Positions 22,101 through 32,869 of a stretch of DNA of 64,000 bases are shown here, one piece after another (positions within the stretch are counted from its first letter, which is position 1; every line of letters begins with the position of its first letter). The notes beneath the pieces are model-generated. The model ran no database searches. It was not told the origin of the DNA and was given only the letters and a program-made list of their open reading frames with translations. The DNA lies in NCBI GenBank assembly GCA_002269645.1, contig NIVC01001230.1, positions 125,539 to 189,538 on the forward strand. The letters are read 5' to 3'. Made by a program: the position numbers and the translations under genes. The DNA comes from Macrostomum lignano (taxonomy: Eukaryota).

Positions 22101-23850
22101 GAATGATGTCAGTCTCATCAGAATGATGTCAGTTTCCTCAGAATGATGTCAGTTTCTCCAGAATAATGTCAGTTTCCTCAGAATGATGTCAGTCTACCAC
22201 AATCTACAAATCACGGACACCCATTGCGCCGCAGGCGGCCAGGAGGCCTACGCTGTGACGCAGCTGCACCCGACGACCTCCAGTTCGCGGCACCAGCAGC
22301 AGCAGCGCCACACCCGGCACTACCGGCCGGCCGGACTGGAGCACCGCGGCCCGCTCGGCCTGGCCAGCCGCGGCCGGGACGCCCCCGGCCAGCTGGTGTG
22401 CGCAGGCGCCGGCCCCGCCATTCACGGCGTCTTCCTGCTGCAGGCGCTGGCCGGGGCTGGCAGCCAGCCGGTGCTGTCCAGGTGCTGCGGCCCGCCGGGC
22501 TCCCGGCTCGGCCAGTTCAACCGGCCCGCCGGCTGCGCCGTGGACGCCGACAGCGTCTGGGTGGCCGACCAGCTCAACCACCGCCTGCAGCGGCTGGCGC
22601 TGCCCACCTTGGCGCCGCTGGCCGAACTGCGGCATCCGCGGCTGCTCCGGCCGAGTCACGTGACCGTGCTGGCCGATCCGCACTTTGCGGTGCGGCTGCT
22701 GCTGGTGGCGCACGAGCGCGGCGTGCTGGCATTCGACCTGCTGACGGCTCGGCACAGTGCTGACGGGTGCTGACTGATTTGCATGTACATGTAGCCTCTC
22801 AGTCTACCAGGCTTCTACCCTCTCAGTCTACCAGGCTTCTACCCTCTCAGTCTACCAGGCTTCTACCCTCTCAGTCTACCAGGCTTCTACCCTCTCAGTA
22901 TACCAGGCTTCTACCCTCTCAGTCTACCAGGCTTCTACCCTCTCAGTCTACCAGGCTTCTACCCTCTCAGTCTACCAGGCTTCTACCCTCTCAGTCTACC
23001 AGGCTTCTACCCTCTCAGTCTACCAGGCTTCTACCCTCTCAGTCTACCAGGCTTCTACCCTTTCAGTCTAGCAGCCACCTGTCAGTCTACCAGACTTCTA
23101 CCCTCTTAGTCTACCAGGTTAGGCTTCTACCCTCTCAGTCTACCAGGCTTCTACCCTCTCAGTCTACCAGGCTTCTACCCTCTCAGTCTACCAGGCTTCT
23201 ACCCTCTCAGTCTACCAGGCTTCTACCCTCTCAGTCTACCAGGCTTCTACCCTCTCAGTCTACCAGGCTTCCACCCTCTCAGTCTACCAGGCTTCTACCC
23301 TCTCAGTCTACCAGGCTTCTACCCTCTGTCCCTTAGGCTTCTACCCACTATGAGACGTGTACCGACGTGTATCGACGGACAATATAGAAATATGCACAAT
23401 AATATCCAACATGACAAATCACCCAGCCGCAAAAATCATTCGCAGACAACCACAACCAGCCCGCAGCCGTCGGCAGTCACGGAATTTGCCAGAAGCCGCT
23501 CGCCAATTCGCCGCTGGGGCGGCCTCTGCGTCCACTGGGGCGCCGTCCTGCTGGCAGACCAGGCGGCCAACTGCCTCAGTGTCTATCGCTACCGGCCTGC
23601 GGCCCCGCTGCCCGAGTCCAGCTGCCTGCCTCATCCTGCCGCCAGCTTCAGCCTGGTGCAGCGAATCCCTCTGGCTCCGCTGGGCCTGTGCCTGCCCAGA
23701 CACCTAGCCACTCACCGGTGGCTGGACCTGTTGTACCTGGCCGCTCACGATACCAGAGACAGCGGCGGCGAGATGTGCCTGCTCACCGCCCAGATGGTCC
23801 GCGTGCAGCAGAAGCAGCAACAATCTGATGTTGCAGAAGCTGATAAATGA
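16136..23850 (+). CDS. NHL-repeat (beta-propeller) protein with an acidic N-terminus, 3 exons, ~418 aa
   Basis: Exons 16136-16502 (G|GTGAGC, phase 1), 22235-22766 (CCGCAG| ... GG|GTGCTG, phase 2) and 23493-23850 (TTGCCAG|) total 1257 nt in one open frame. Contains the NHL-type motif GQFNRPAGCAVDADSVWVADQLNHRLQ. The true start may lie further upstream. Confidence 0.75.
16568..22192. repeat. 5.6-kb 20-bp satellite (TCAGTTTCCTCAGAATGATG)n filling intron 1 of the NHL gene
   Basis: About 280 units read directly. Confidence 0.97.
22793..23345. repeat. 24-bp minisatellite (CTCTCAGTCTACCAGGCTTCTACC)n in intron 2 of the NHL gene
   Basis: About 22 units read directly. Confidence 0.95.
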
Positions 23851-23904
23851 ATTATTTTATGTGATCTGTATTGACTGTAGCTTTACCTGTATTTGAATCC
23901 GGTA

Positions 23905-24590
23905 TGTAGACATGGCGCGAATCTAGATTTTGTAAAATGTGGCGCCAATCTGGATTTTGTAGAATGTGGCGCCAATCTGGATTTTGTAGAATGTGGCGCC
24001 AATCTGGATTTTGTAAAATGTGGCGCCAATCTGGATTTTGTAAAATGTGGCGCCAATCTGGATTTTGTAGAATGTGGCGCCAATCTGGATTTTGTAAAAT
24101 GTGGCGCCAATCTGGATTTTGTAGAATGTGGCGCCAATCTGGATTTTGTAGAATGTGGCGCCAATCTTGATTTTTTAAAATGTGGCGCCAATCTTCATTT
24201 TGTAAAATGTGGCGCCAATCCTAATTTTTTCAAATTTAGCGCCAATCTTGATTTTGTAAAAGTGGCGCTAATCTCGATTTGTAAAATGTGGTGCCAAGCC
24301 TAATTTAAGTAAAAGTAGCGCCAATCTTGATTTTGTAAAATGTGGCGCCAATCTTAATCTTGTAAAATGTGGCACCAAGCTTAATTTCGTAAAAGTAGCG
24401 CCAATCTTGATTTTGTAAGATGTGGCGCCAATCTTGGTTTTGTAAGATATGGCCCCAATCTTGATTTTGTAAAAGTGGCGCCAATCTTGATTTGTAAAAT
24501 GTGGCGCCAAACTTAATTTTGTAAAATGTGGCGCCAAGCTTAATTTGTAAAATAGGGTCCAATCCAATTGTATTTTGTAAATCTGCGCCA
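23905..24590. repeat. 27-bp minisatellite (GGCGCCAATCTGGATTTTGTAGAATGT)n, degenerating to the right
   Basis: About 24 units read directly. Confidence 0.9.
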
Positions 24591-25068
24591 TTGACATTTG
24601 TAGAGCAGTGCCGACTTTTAAAGAGCTATCTAGCAAATCTACAAGTAAACGTTGCAAATGATTTATTACAATACAGGTACATCATGCAATGTAATCATGT
24701 AAATTACACACAGTACCAAGTTTCCAGAGCTTCATTTTCTAAACAAACAATAAAAAAGTTGGAAACCAGTCTTGTCTGACCGATATGTATCGAAAGTAAC
24801 TTAGTTTTATTTAGTTCCACACAGCAGACCAGCAATTAAACGAAAATATTACTGACAGTAGTAACACTGTCCATAAAAAGCATCGATTACTAAAATGCAG
24901 AAAATCGAAAATTATTATTAATAAAGTAATAAAAGCGGCGAAAGGAGAGACTGATCAAGATGACAAATTTTTGATAAAGTTGTTTTAAAATCAACAGCGA
25001 CCGAGATTAAAAATAAAAGTACATCGACAGTCACTGACGTAAAAAAGCAAATAAAAAATTCGATTCCC

Positions 25069-28000
25069 TCAATAATTTTGAAGACTGTTGGCCAGGGCCA
25101 GCCGAAGTGACACTCGGCGATTATTGCCGGAATTTTCCTTGTCCTCAGCCTTGACCCCCGGCTCGGCCTTGACCCCCCGATTGGCCTTGACCCCCGGCTC
25201 GGCCTTGACCTTGGCTTCGGCCCTGACCGCGGCAACCTTTTTCTTACGCCGAGAATTTTTCTCAGACAGCGGAGCCTTCGGCGTCTCGGGGGCCGGTCTG
25301 GGCGAGAGAGCAAGTAGAAATTCGAATGTAAAATGCGTTGCACACTACTGACTGATGTAAGAAAAAAGTAGAACTCGTAGAGCAAGGATGAATGACAATT
25401 GAGCATCGAAATTAATTCAGTCTTCTACCAATTAACCCGTCATGGAATCTTCCAACCTACCTTTTCGAGATGACCACTAAGTAATCTACCACAGAATCTA
25501 CCAATATATTCAATGCACCATAGAATCTACCAATTTACCATAGAATCTACCTATCTATCATAGAATCTACCAATCTACCATATATTCTACCAATCTAGCA
25601 AATAATCTACCTATCTACTATAGAATCTATCAATTTACCATAGAATCTACCAATTTACCATAGAATTTACCAATTTACCATAGAATCTACCAATTTACCA
25701 TAGAATCTACTAATTTACCATCGAATCTACTAATCTACCAATCTACCAATTTACAATAGAATCTATCAATTTACCATAGAATCTACCAATCTACCATAGA
25801 ATCTACCAATTTACCATAGAATCTACCAATCTACCATAGAATCTACCAATTTACCATTGTGGTAGCGTGGGTCTGCTCAATTGCTCCGCTTAGTGTAATG
25901 TACAGTGCAGGTGTACACCTGCACGCGCGCGTGTGATTGGCTGACGCTTTGTCAGACAACCTTTATTGTTGGCCAGCTATATTAAATACAAGCTCTCTGC
26001 CTTGGGGGGGTCTTACCCCCGAAGTGGAGTTTTCACAGTGGCGACGAGACTGAAACGATCCTGCGCAAATGAGTAGTGCAAGTGCACTAGGGCTTGTCGG
26101 CCCATACGAAGAAGGCTCTGAGCCGTGGCATATGTACCAAGCAAGGTTAAAACAATATTTTGTTGCCAATGACGTCACTGAGGAAGCGAAAAAGCGAGCG
26201 ATTCTGCTGAGTTCATGCGGCAAGAAAGTCTTCCATCTGGCCTTCAGTCTTCTGTCTCCTGCACAGCCATCAGCCAAGAGCTACACCGAAATTTGTGAGG
26301 CACTGAAGAGCCATTTCGAGCCTGAGGAGTCCGAGATCGTCCATCGTTACCGATTCTACACCAGAAATCGCAGGGAAGGTGAGGGCGTCGCTGACTTCGT
26401 CGCAGACCTCCGAGACCTGGCTCGCGACTGCAAGTTCGGCGACAGCCTGACTTCGATGCTTCGCGACAGGCTGGTGCTGGGAATCAACAACGACGGCGCT
26501 CAGCGGCGGCTGCTGGCGGAGCCCGATCTCACTCTAGCGAAGGCATTGAAGCTGGCCCTGGCCCACGAGTCCGCCGCCAAGGGCTGCCAGCTGGTGTCGG
26601 GAGCGAGTAAGCCAGATCCAGTCAGTCAGGAGTCCGTCAGCATTGTCAAGCAACAGCAGAAGTCATCTTCGACAAGGAGGTGCTTCAGGTGCCTGTCAAC
26701 GAAGCATCTCGCTAATAAGTGCCCGTTCGCCACCCAGAAGTGCTACAAGTGCTCAAAGACCGGCCACACTGCGGCTGCCTGCAAATCCCAGTCGAAGGAC
26801 GATAGAAGAGAGGCTCTGCAGATGCAGGACGGTGAGGAAAAAGACAGCTGCAAGGAGGAAACGGCCCACTCACTGTACCAGCTGTCCGGCAAGCGAGTGT
26901 CGAAGGTGCCGCCGATTACAACGACGGTGCGCATCAATGGCCGACCTGTTGTCATGGAAGTGGACACCGGAGCCTCCGTGTCCCTGGTATCCTCGAAGAC
27001 CTACAGGACCGTGCTCAACTCCCAGCCAGCACTGCAGCCTGCGTCCATGCAGCTGCGAACATACTCCGGTGAGAAAGTGCCAATCGAAGGCTGCATCTGC
27101 GTTGCTGTGGAAGCTGCTGAAGCACCGCCCAAGTCACTCAGCCTCCTTGTGGTCGCCGGCTGCGGATCCGACCTGCTCGGAAGAGACTGGCTGTCCGAGT
27201 TGCGGCTCGACTGGAGATCAATCAAGCAAATGGCGGCTGCTCCGGAGGTGTCGCCCAGACTGCAGCAGCTGCTCGACAAGTACAGCGATGTTTTTCGCCT
27301 GAGCTAGGAAAGTACAACGGACCACCAGTGAGTTTGAATATGAAACTCGATGCTCAACCTCGCTTTATGAAGGCCAGGAATCTCCCCTTTGCTGTGAAGG
27401 ACAAGGTGGAGAGCCAACTGAACCGCGAGATCGAACAAGGAATCCTGGTGCCTGTGCAGCACTCCGAGTACGCATCGCCGGTGGTGCCAGTGCTCAAGTC
27501 CGACGGCTCTGTGAGGGTCTGCGCCGACTTCAAGCAGACCGTCAACCCGAACGTGGAGCCCGACTCGTATCCTCTGCCGCGGATCGAAGAGCTGTTCGCG
27601 AAACTGACTGGTGGGCGGCTCTTCACTAAGCTCGATTTGTCGCAGGCGTACATGCAGCTGCCACTCGATGAGGCCTCCCAGGAAGTCTGCACGATCAATA
27701 CGCACAAAGGGCTGCTTCGGTACACGCGGCTGCCCTTCGGTGTCTCGCCAGCGGTCGGGATTTTTCAGCGCCGGATGGACTGCTTGCTGCAAGGAATCAC
27801 CAGCACCGCCTGCTTCATCGATGACCTCATCATCACCGGGAAGGACGACAGCAGTCATCTGAACTCCCTGGAGCAGGTTCTGGAGAAGCTGAGCCAGAGC
27901 GGCCTCCGGTGCAAGCTGGAGAAGTGCCAGTTCATGCAGACGAGCGTCAGTTATCTCGGTCACCGCATCGATGCCGACGGCCTGCACCCGATCAAAGACA

Positions 28001-31000
28001 AGGTCGAGGCGATTGTCAGCGCTCCAGCTCCCAAGGACGCAACTCAGCTGCGCAGCTTCCTAGGCATGGTGAACTACTATGGCAAGTTCCTGCCTAATTT
28101 GTCTCAAGTCCTGGCACCGCTGCACCTGCTGCTGCGCGAGCAACACCGCTGGAACTGGGGTGCTGCTCATAACGCCGCTTTCGAGAAGTGCAAGGCCCTG
28201 CTGTCTTCGGCTCCGGTATTGGCGCACTTCGACTTGAGCTGTCCGGAGCAGTCCGGCCTGTGGCCTTTGCCTCGCGTACGTTGCACGACGCTGAGAAAAA
28301 CTACTCGCAGCTCGAGAAGGAAGCCCTCGCTGTAGTGTTTGCGGTCAAGAAGTTCAACGCGTACCTGTTCGGCCGCCCATTTCTGCTGGTGAGTGACCAC
28401 AAACCTCTGCTTGGATTGCTTGCTGAGAACAAGGCCGTGCCGGCCCTGGCATCTGGAAGAATTCAGAGGTGGGCTCTGCTGCTGTCTGGCTATAACTACC
28501 GCATGGTTCACCGAGCCGGAGCCTCACTGCTGTGCGCCGATGCCCTGAGTCGCCTGCCGCTGCCCGACAAGCCGGCGACGGTCCCGAAGCTGGCAGAGCT
28601 GGTCATGCTGATGGACCACCTAGACGATGGACTTGTCACGGCAGCTCAGATACGCGGCCTGACTCGAAGGGACCCCACACTAGCCCGAGCTCTGCACTTC
28701 ACGCAAATCGGCTGGCCAGAGCGGGTCAGTGACGATCTGCTGCCATACTCCAAGAGAGCGGTTGAGCTCGGTGCGCAAGACGGCTGCCTCCTGTGGGGCG
28801 CTCGAGTGGTGGTCCCGGTCGGAGCGCGAGCTGCACTGCTCCAGGTGCTGCATCAAGGTCATGCGGGGGCGTCACGCATGAAGACGCTAGCCCGAGGTTA
28901 TTTCTGGTGGCCAGGATTAGACTCGGAGATTGAAAACCTGGCCAAGGCCTGCTCTGACTGTCAGGAGTTGCAGAACGCCCCGGCGCCTTCGCCAATGTTG
29001 TCGTGGCCGTGGCCTGACCGACCGTGGTCTCGAGTGCATATCGACTATGCGGGTCCGGTGTCTGGCAAGATGCTGCTGGTTGTCGTCGATGCCCATTCAA
29101 AGTGGCTGGATGTGCATGTGGTGACGTCAGCGACCTCAGCTGTCACCATCCAGAAACTCCGCTCCAGCTTCGCGACACACGGGTTGCCAGATGTGCTGGT
29201 GTCGGACAATGGGCCCAACTTGGTCAGCAAGGAGATGTCCGATTTTCTGCGGAGGAACGACATTCAGCACGTGCGCGTTGCTCCCTATCATCCGGCGTCC
29301 AACGGCCTGGCGGAACGAGCTGTCCAGACGCTGAAGCGGTCCCTGGAGAAGCAGCGCGAAGGCTCCTTGGAGGATAAGGTCGCCCGGTTCCTGCTGAGCT
29401 ACCGGGTCACTCCGAATGCGACAACTGGTGTGGCTCCCTGCGAACTCCTGATGGGACGGCGCCTGTGCACGTTGCTAGATCGAGCTCGGCCAGACATGGG
29501 AGCAAGAGTACAGCGTAAGCAAGGTCAGCAAAAAGAGCACCACGACTGCAAAGCTCGGTTCCGGACCTTCGAGACTGACGACGCTGTACTCGCCAGAGAC
29601 TTTGGAGCCAACGGAGGTCGGTGGAAGCCGGCGCGAGTTGTCGGTGCCGCCGGTCCAGCCTCCTACCTGTGCGGCTTCGATGGCGACGACCGAGTGGCGT
29701 TGACCATGTCCGCGGTGGTCCTGAGCAGCCGCGACCTACCGGAGCTGGCGTGACAGACGGTGCTACCGACGCCAAGGCCGCGCCTGAGCCGAAAGCTGCG
29801 ATGCCGGCCGTGGACGAGCCGCCAAACCTGGCTGCTCCTGGAGACCCTGAGATCGACGGGTCTCTGCGCCGATCGTCGTTTTGGTGCTGGTTAATTATTA
29901 TTTATTATTAAGTTATTAAGTTTCGAGTTATTGTTCCTCACTAAAATGTGTTGCTCTAATGTATTCTCTTGCGATCCCTGATCCCCATGTAGATGGGGAG
30001 GGATGTGGTAGCGTGGGTCTGCTCAATTGCTCCGCTTAGTGTAATGTACAGTGCAGGTGTACACCTGCACGCGCGCGTGTGATTGGCTGACGCTTTGTCA
30101 GACAACCTTTATTGTTGGCCAGCTATATTAAATACAAGCTCTCTGCCTTGGGGGGGGGGGGGGTCTTACCCCCGAAGTGGAGTTTTCACAACCATAGAAT
30201 CTACCAATCTACCATAGAATCTACCAATCTACCATAGAATCTATCAATTTACCATAGAATCTACCAATTTACCATAGAATCTATCAATTTACCATAGAAT
30301 CTACTAATTTACCATAGAATCTACCAATTTACCATAGAATCTACCAATCTATCATAGAATCTACCAATCTACCATAGAATCTACCAATCTACCATAGAAT
30401 CTACCAATTTACCATAGAATCTACCAATCTACCATAGAATCTACCAATCTACCATAGAATCTATCAATTTACCATAGAATCTACCAATTTACCATAGAAT
30501 CTACCAATTTACCATAGAATCTACCAATTTACCATAGAATCTACCAATTTACCATCGAATCTACTAATCTACCAATCTACCAATTTACAATAGAATCTAT
30601 CAATTTACCATAGAATCTACCAATCTACCATAGAATCTACCAATTTACCATAGAATCTACCAATCTACCATAGAATCTACCAATTTACCATAGAATCTAC
30701 CAATCTACCATAGAATCTACCAATCTACCATAGAATCTATCAATTTACCATAGAATCTACCAATTTACCATAGAATCTATCAATTTACCAAAGAATCTAC
30801 CAATCTACCAAAGAATCTACCTATCTACCATAGAATCTACCAATCTAGCATAGAATCTACTGCAGAATATACTAAAGATAAAAGCTACTCACTTTCTCTT
30901 AATCGGACAAAAGCTCTCGTCCAGCAGCACTGGATCTTCATCGTTCTTGCCAGCAGGAGTCGTCACCACGGCGCCGATGTCGCGCATCCACCAGGGCGGC

Positions 31001-31227
31001 GGCTCGTCGGCCATCAGTTTCGCTGCCGCGGCGCACGCATCGCCGCTAGACTGACGCGACCGACGGCCGGGCAGGCGGCGCAGCAGCTCCCGATCGCGCT
31101 GGCGTCCGCGCTTACAGGGCGGGGTGGCAGCGGCGTCAGCAGCTTTGGACAGGCCCAGCAGAGGAACGGGCAGGTTCAGACACGGCAGGTCGTCAAGAAG
31201 CTCCTGAAAGCCGAAGTTTTTGTTCAT
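25069..31227 (-). CDS. Uncharacterised basic protein, 2 exons, ~187 aa
   Basis: Exon 31227-30893 ends AGA AA|GTGAGT (phase 2). Exon 25297-25069 follows CTCTCGCCCAG| and reads KPAPETPKAPLSEKNSRRKKK...VKAEPGVKANRGVKAEPGVKAEDKENSG...NSLQNY*. Total 564 nt in frame. No family recognised. Confidence 0.65.
26069..27307 (+). CDS. Retrotransposon Gag (two CCHC zinc knuckles) plus aspartic protease
   Basis: YFVAND..., CFRCLSTKHLANKC, CYKCSKTGHTAAAC, protease motif VDTGASVS. Confidence 0.93.
   Translation: MSSASALGLVGPYEEGSEPWHMYQARLKQYFVANDVTEEAKKRAILLSSCGKKVFHLAFSLLSPAQPSAKSYTEICEALKSHFEPEESEIVHRYRFYTRNRREGEGVADFVADLRDLARDCKFGDSLTSMLRDRLVLGINNDGAQRRLLAEPDLTLAKALKLALAHESAAKGCQLVSGASKPDPVSQESVSIVKQQQKSSSTRRCFRCLSTKHLANKCPFATQKCYKCSKTGHTAAACKSQSKDDRREALQMQDGEEKDSCKEETAHSLYQLSGKRVSKVPPITTTVRINGRPVVMEVDTGASVSLVSSKTYRTVLNSQPALQPASMQLRTYSGEKVPIEGCICVAVEAAEAPPKSLSLLVVAGCGSDLLGRDWLSELRLDWRSIKQMAAAPEVSPRLQQLLDKYSDVFRLS
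27298..29900 (+). pseudogene. Retrotransposon Pol (RT, partly deleted RNase H, integrase), frameshifted
   Basis: RT motifs VRVCADFK, YPLP, LDLSQAY, LPFG, FIDD. RNase H end RPVAFASRTL...EKEALAV. Integrase zinc finger H..H...C..C, then HIDYAGP, SDNG, ERAVQ. Frame breaks near 27295, 28240 and 29695. Confidence 0.93.
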
Positions 31228-31284
31228 TGTATGTTTTGAGCATCTGCTGATCCTGAAGCAGCATCTTCCATTGATAATTCAATT

Positions 31285-32140
31285 GACACAGAATCTGCCA
31301 AATCTAACTGATACAGAATCTGCCAAATCTAACTGACACAGAATCTGCCAAATCTAACTGACACAGAATCTGCCAAATCTATAACTGTCACAAAATCTGC
31401 CGAATCCAACTGACACAGAATCTGCCGAATCCAACTGACACAGAATCTGCCAAATCTGACGCAGAATCTGCCAAATCTAACTGCTAAACTTGCTAATGTA
31501 GTTGAGACAGGAGTTTCCAAATTATTCAATAAAAAGCAATAAAATGGTTGCACTGGGCAAGCGGGTTTGCTTATCAGCGGTTATATTTACAATCAGCATT
31601 GACAATGGATAGAAAGTGAATTCTATTGTGCCATTTTCAACAGCTTAAAAATAATTTAGCCAAACAAAGAAACCACAAATTACTACCATATTAACTGCCT
31701 TTTTACTACCAAATCTGCCGTTTTTTTATTGACTCTACCAGCCTTACTACCGAATCTGCAATTTTTCTACAGATTGCGTTATTTGACACCCGAATCTGCC
31801 ACTTTTCTACCGAATCGACCAGCTTTACTACCGAATCTTCCAGTTTTACACCCGAATCTGCCTATTTTAATACCGATTTTGCCAACTTTACTGCCGAATC
31901 TGCCATTGTTCTACAGATTCTGTTAATTTGACACCCGAATCTGCTAATTATACTACTGAATCTGCCATTTTCTACAGAATCTACCAGCTTTACTACCGAA
32001 TCTTCCAGTTTTACACCCGAATCTGCCTATTTTACTACCGAATCTGCCATTTTTCTACATAATGTTAATTTGACACTCAAATCTGTTAACTTTACTGCCG
32101 AATCTGCCATTTTACTACCGAATCTACCATTTTCGCAAAT
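31285..32140. repeat. 25-bp repeat (CAGAATCTGCCAAATCTAACTGACA, 31285-31490) and a degenerate GAATCTGCC-core repeat (31715-32140)
   Basis: Both arrays read directly between FCF1 and the orphan gene. Confidence 0.85.
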
Positions 32141-32205
32141 TTCAATACCGAATTCAAAACTCAACGTGTCGCTCAACGGATCAATCAATCAGTCAATCAA
32201 GCAGT

Positions 32206-32807
32206 TCAACGCGGAGCGCCCAGCGCGTCCGGCATCCGCTCGACCGTGACCCGCCTGGCGTGCACGTACATGATGGGCACGCCGGGCACCCGGCGGAGTC
32301 GCCTGCGCAGGTCGCGATCGCAGGTGGCCACAATGTAGAATTTGTGATCGGTGACGCGGCGAACCAGACAGTCGTCAGCGTAAGTGCCCTTGTGCAGGCA
32401 GGACAGCCGGTGCACCGGGGATCGTGCAGAATCTTCAAGGCCACCCGGTACTTCTCGCCCATCTTCTCCATCTCGGCCAACACGCAGTCGGTGACGTACA
32501 GGACGCACTTGCCGTACAGGCAGTCCATGGCCGACTGAAACACGTCCAAGCGATTCTTAATAGCAAAGTTGACGTAGTTGGTGTCCAGCAGGATGTGATA
32601 GGGCGGCCCAATCTGGGTGTTGTAGTGCAGAAACATTGCGGAACTGACTGCGGTCTTGTGCCGAACAGGCAGCGGGTCGCTGTTGGTCTCGGCTGGCTTC
32701 CGCTTCTTGCCGGCCGGCTTGTCCCGGTCGCGCTTGCGGATCCGGCCATCGTTAAGGCTGATCATGCGCTTAACCGCGGCGAACCGCTTCGCCTGCTTGC
32801 GCTTGGA
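32206..32807 (-). CDS. FCF1: rRNA-processing PIN-domain endonuclease FCF1/UTP24
   Basis: SKRKQAKRFAAVKRMISLNDGR...YNTQIGPPYHILLDTNYVNF...KYRVALKILHDPR, then a 1-nt frameshift near 32415 into VHRLSCLHKGTYADDCLV...VATCDRDLRRRLRRVPGVPIMY...ERMPDALGAPR*. The exon starts after the acceptor CCCCTCAG| with no ATG. Confidence 0.95.
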
Positions 32808-32869
32808 CTGAGGGGGTTTGTTCGGTGCGGACAGGATAACCTTGGGTGTCTGATGGGTAGCGATTCCAC

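Larger units (their letters stand above)
25858..30190 (+). mobile_element. Full-length Ty3/Gypsy (Mag-like) LTR retrotransposon
   Basis: LTRs 25858-26037 and 30004-30190 (TG...CA) match except for G-run length. 5-bp TSD ACCAT (25853-25857 / 30191-30195). PBS TGGCGACGAG follows the 5' LTR. A purine tract AGATGGGGAGGGA precedes the 3' LTR. Domain order is gag-PR-RT-RH-IN. Confidence 0.97.
25480..30862. repeat. 21-bp minisatellite (CCATAGAATCTACCAATTTA-type) split by the LTR element (25480-25857 and 30191-30862)
   Basis: The same unit lies on both sides of the retrotransposon. Confidence 0.93.

Noticed and set aside
11620-22192. Tandem arrays as CRISPR arrays
   Set aside because: Units are head-to-tail with no unique spacers, there are no cas genes, and the context is eukaryotic and spliceosomal.
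24918-25406. The 162-aa minus-strand ORF given in the track
   Set aside because: A different minus-strand frame (25297-25069) has a proper acceptor, matches the phase of the upstream donor and reads as more protein-like.
27285-27310. Programmed -1 ribosomal frameshift between gag-PR and RT
   Set aside because: There is no in-frame X XXY YYZ heptamer. One extra T in the T5 run restores a single ORF (DVFSPELGKY), and the break falls after the protease, so an indel is more likely.
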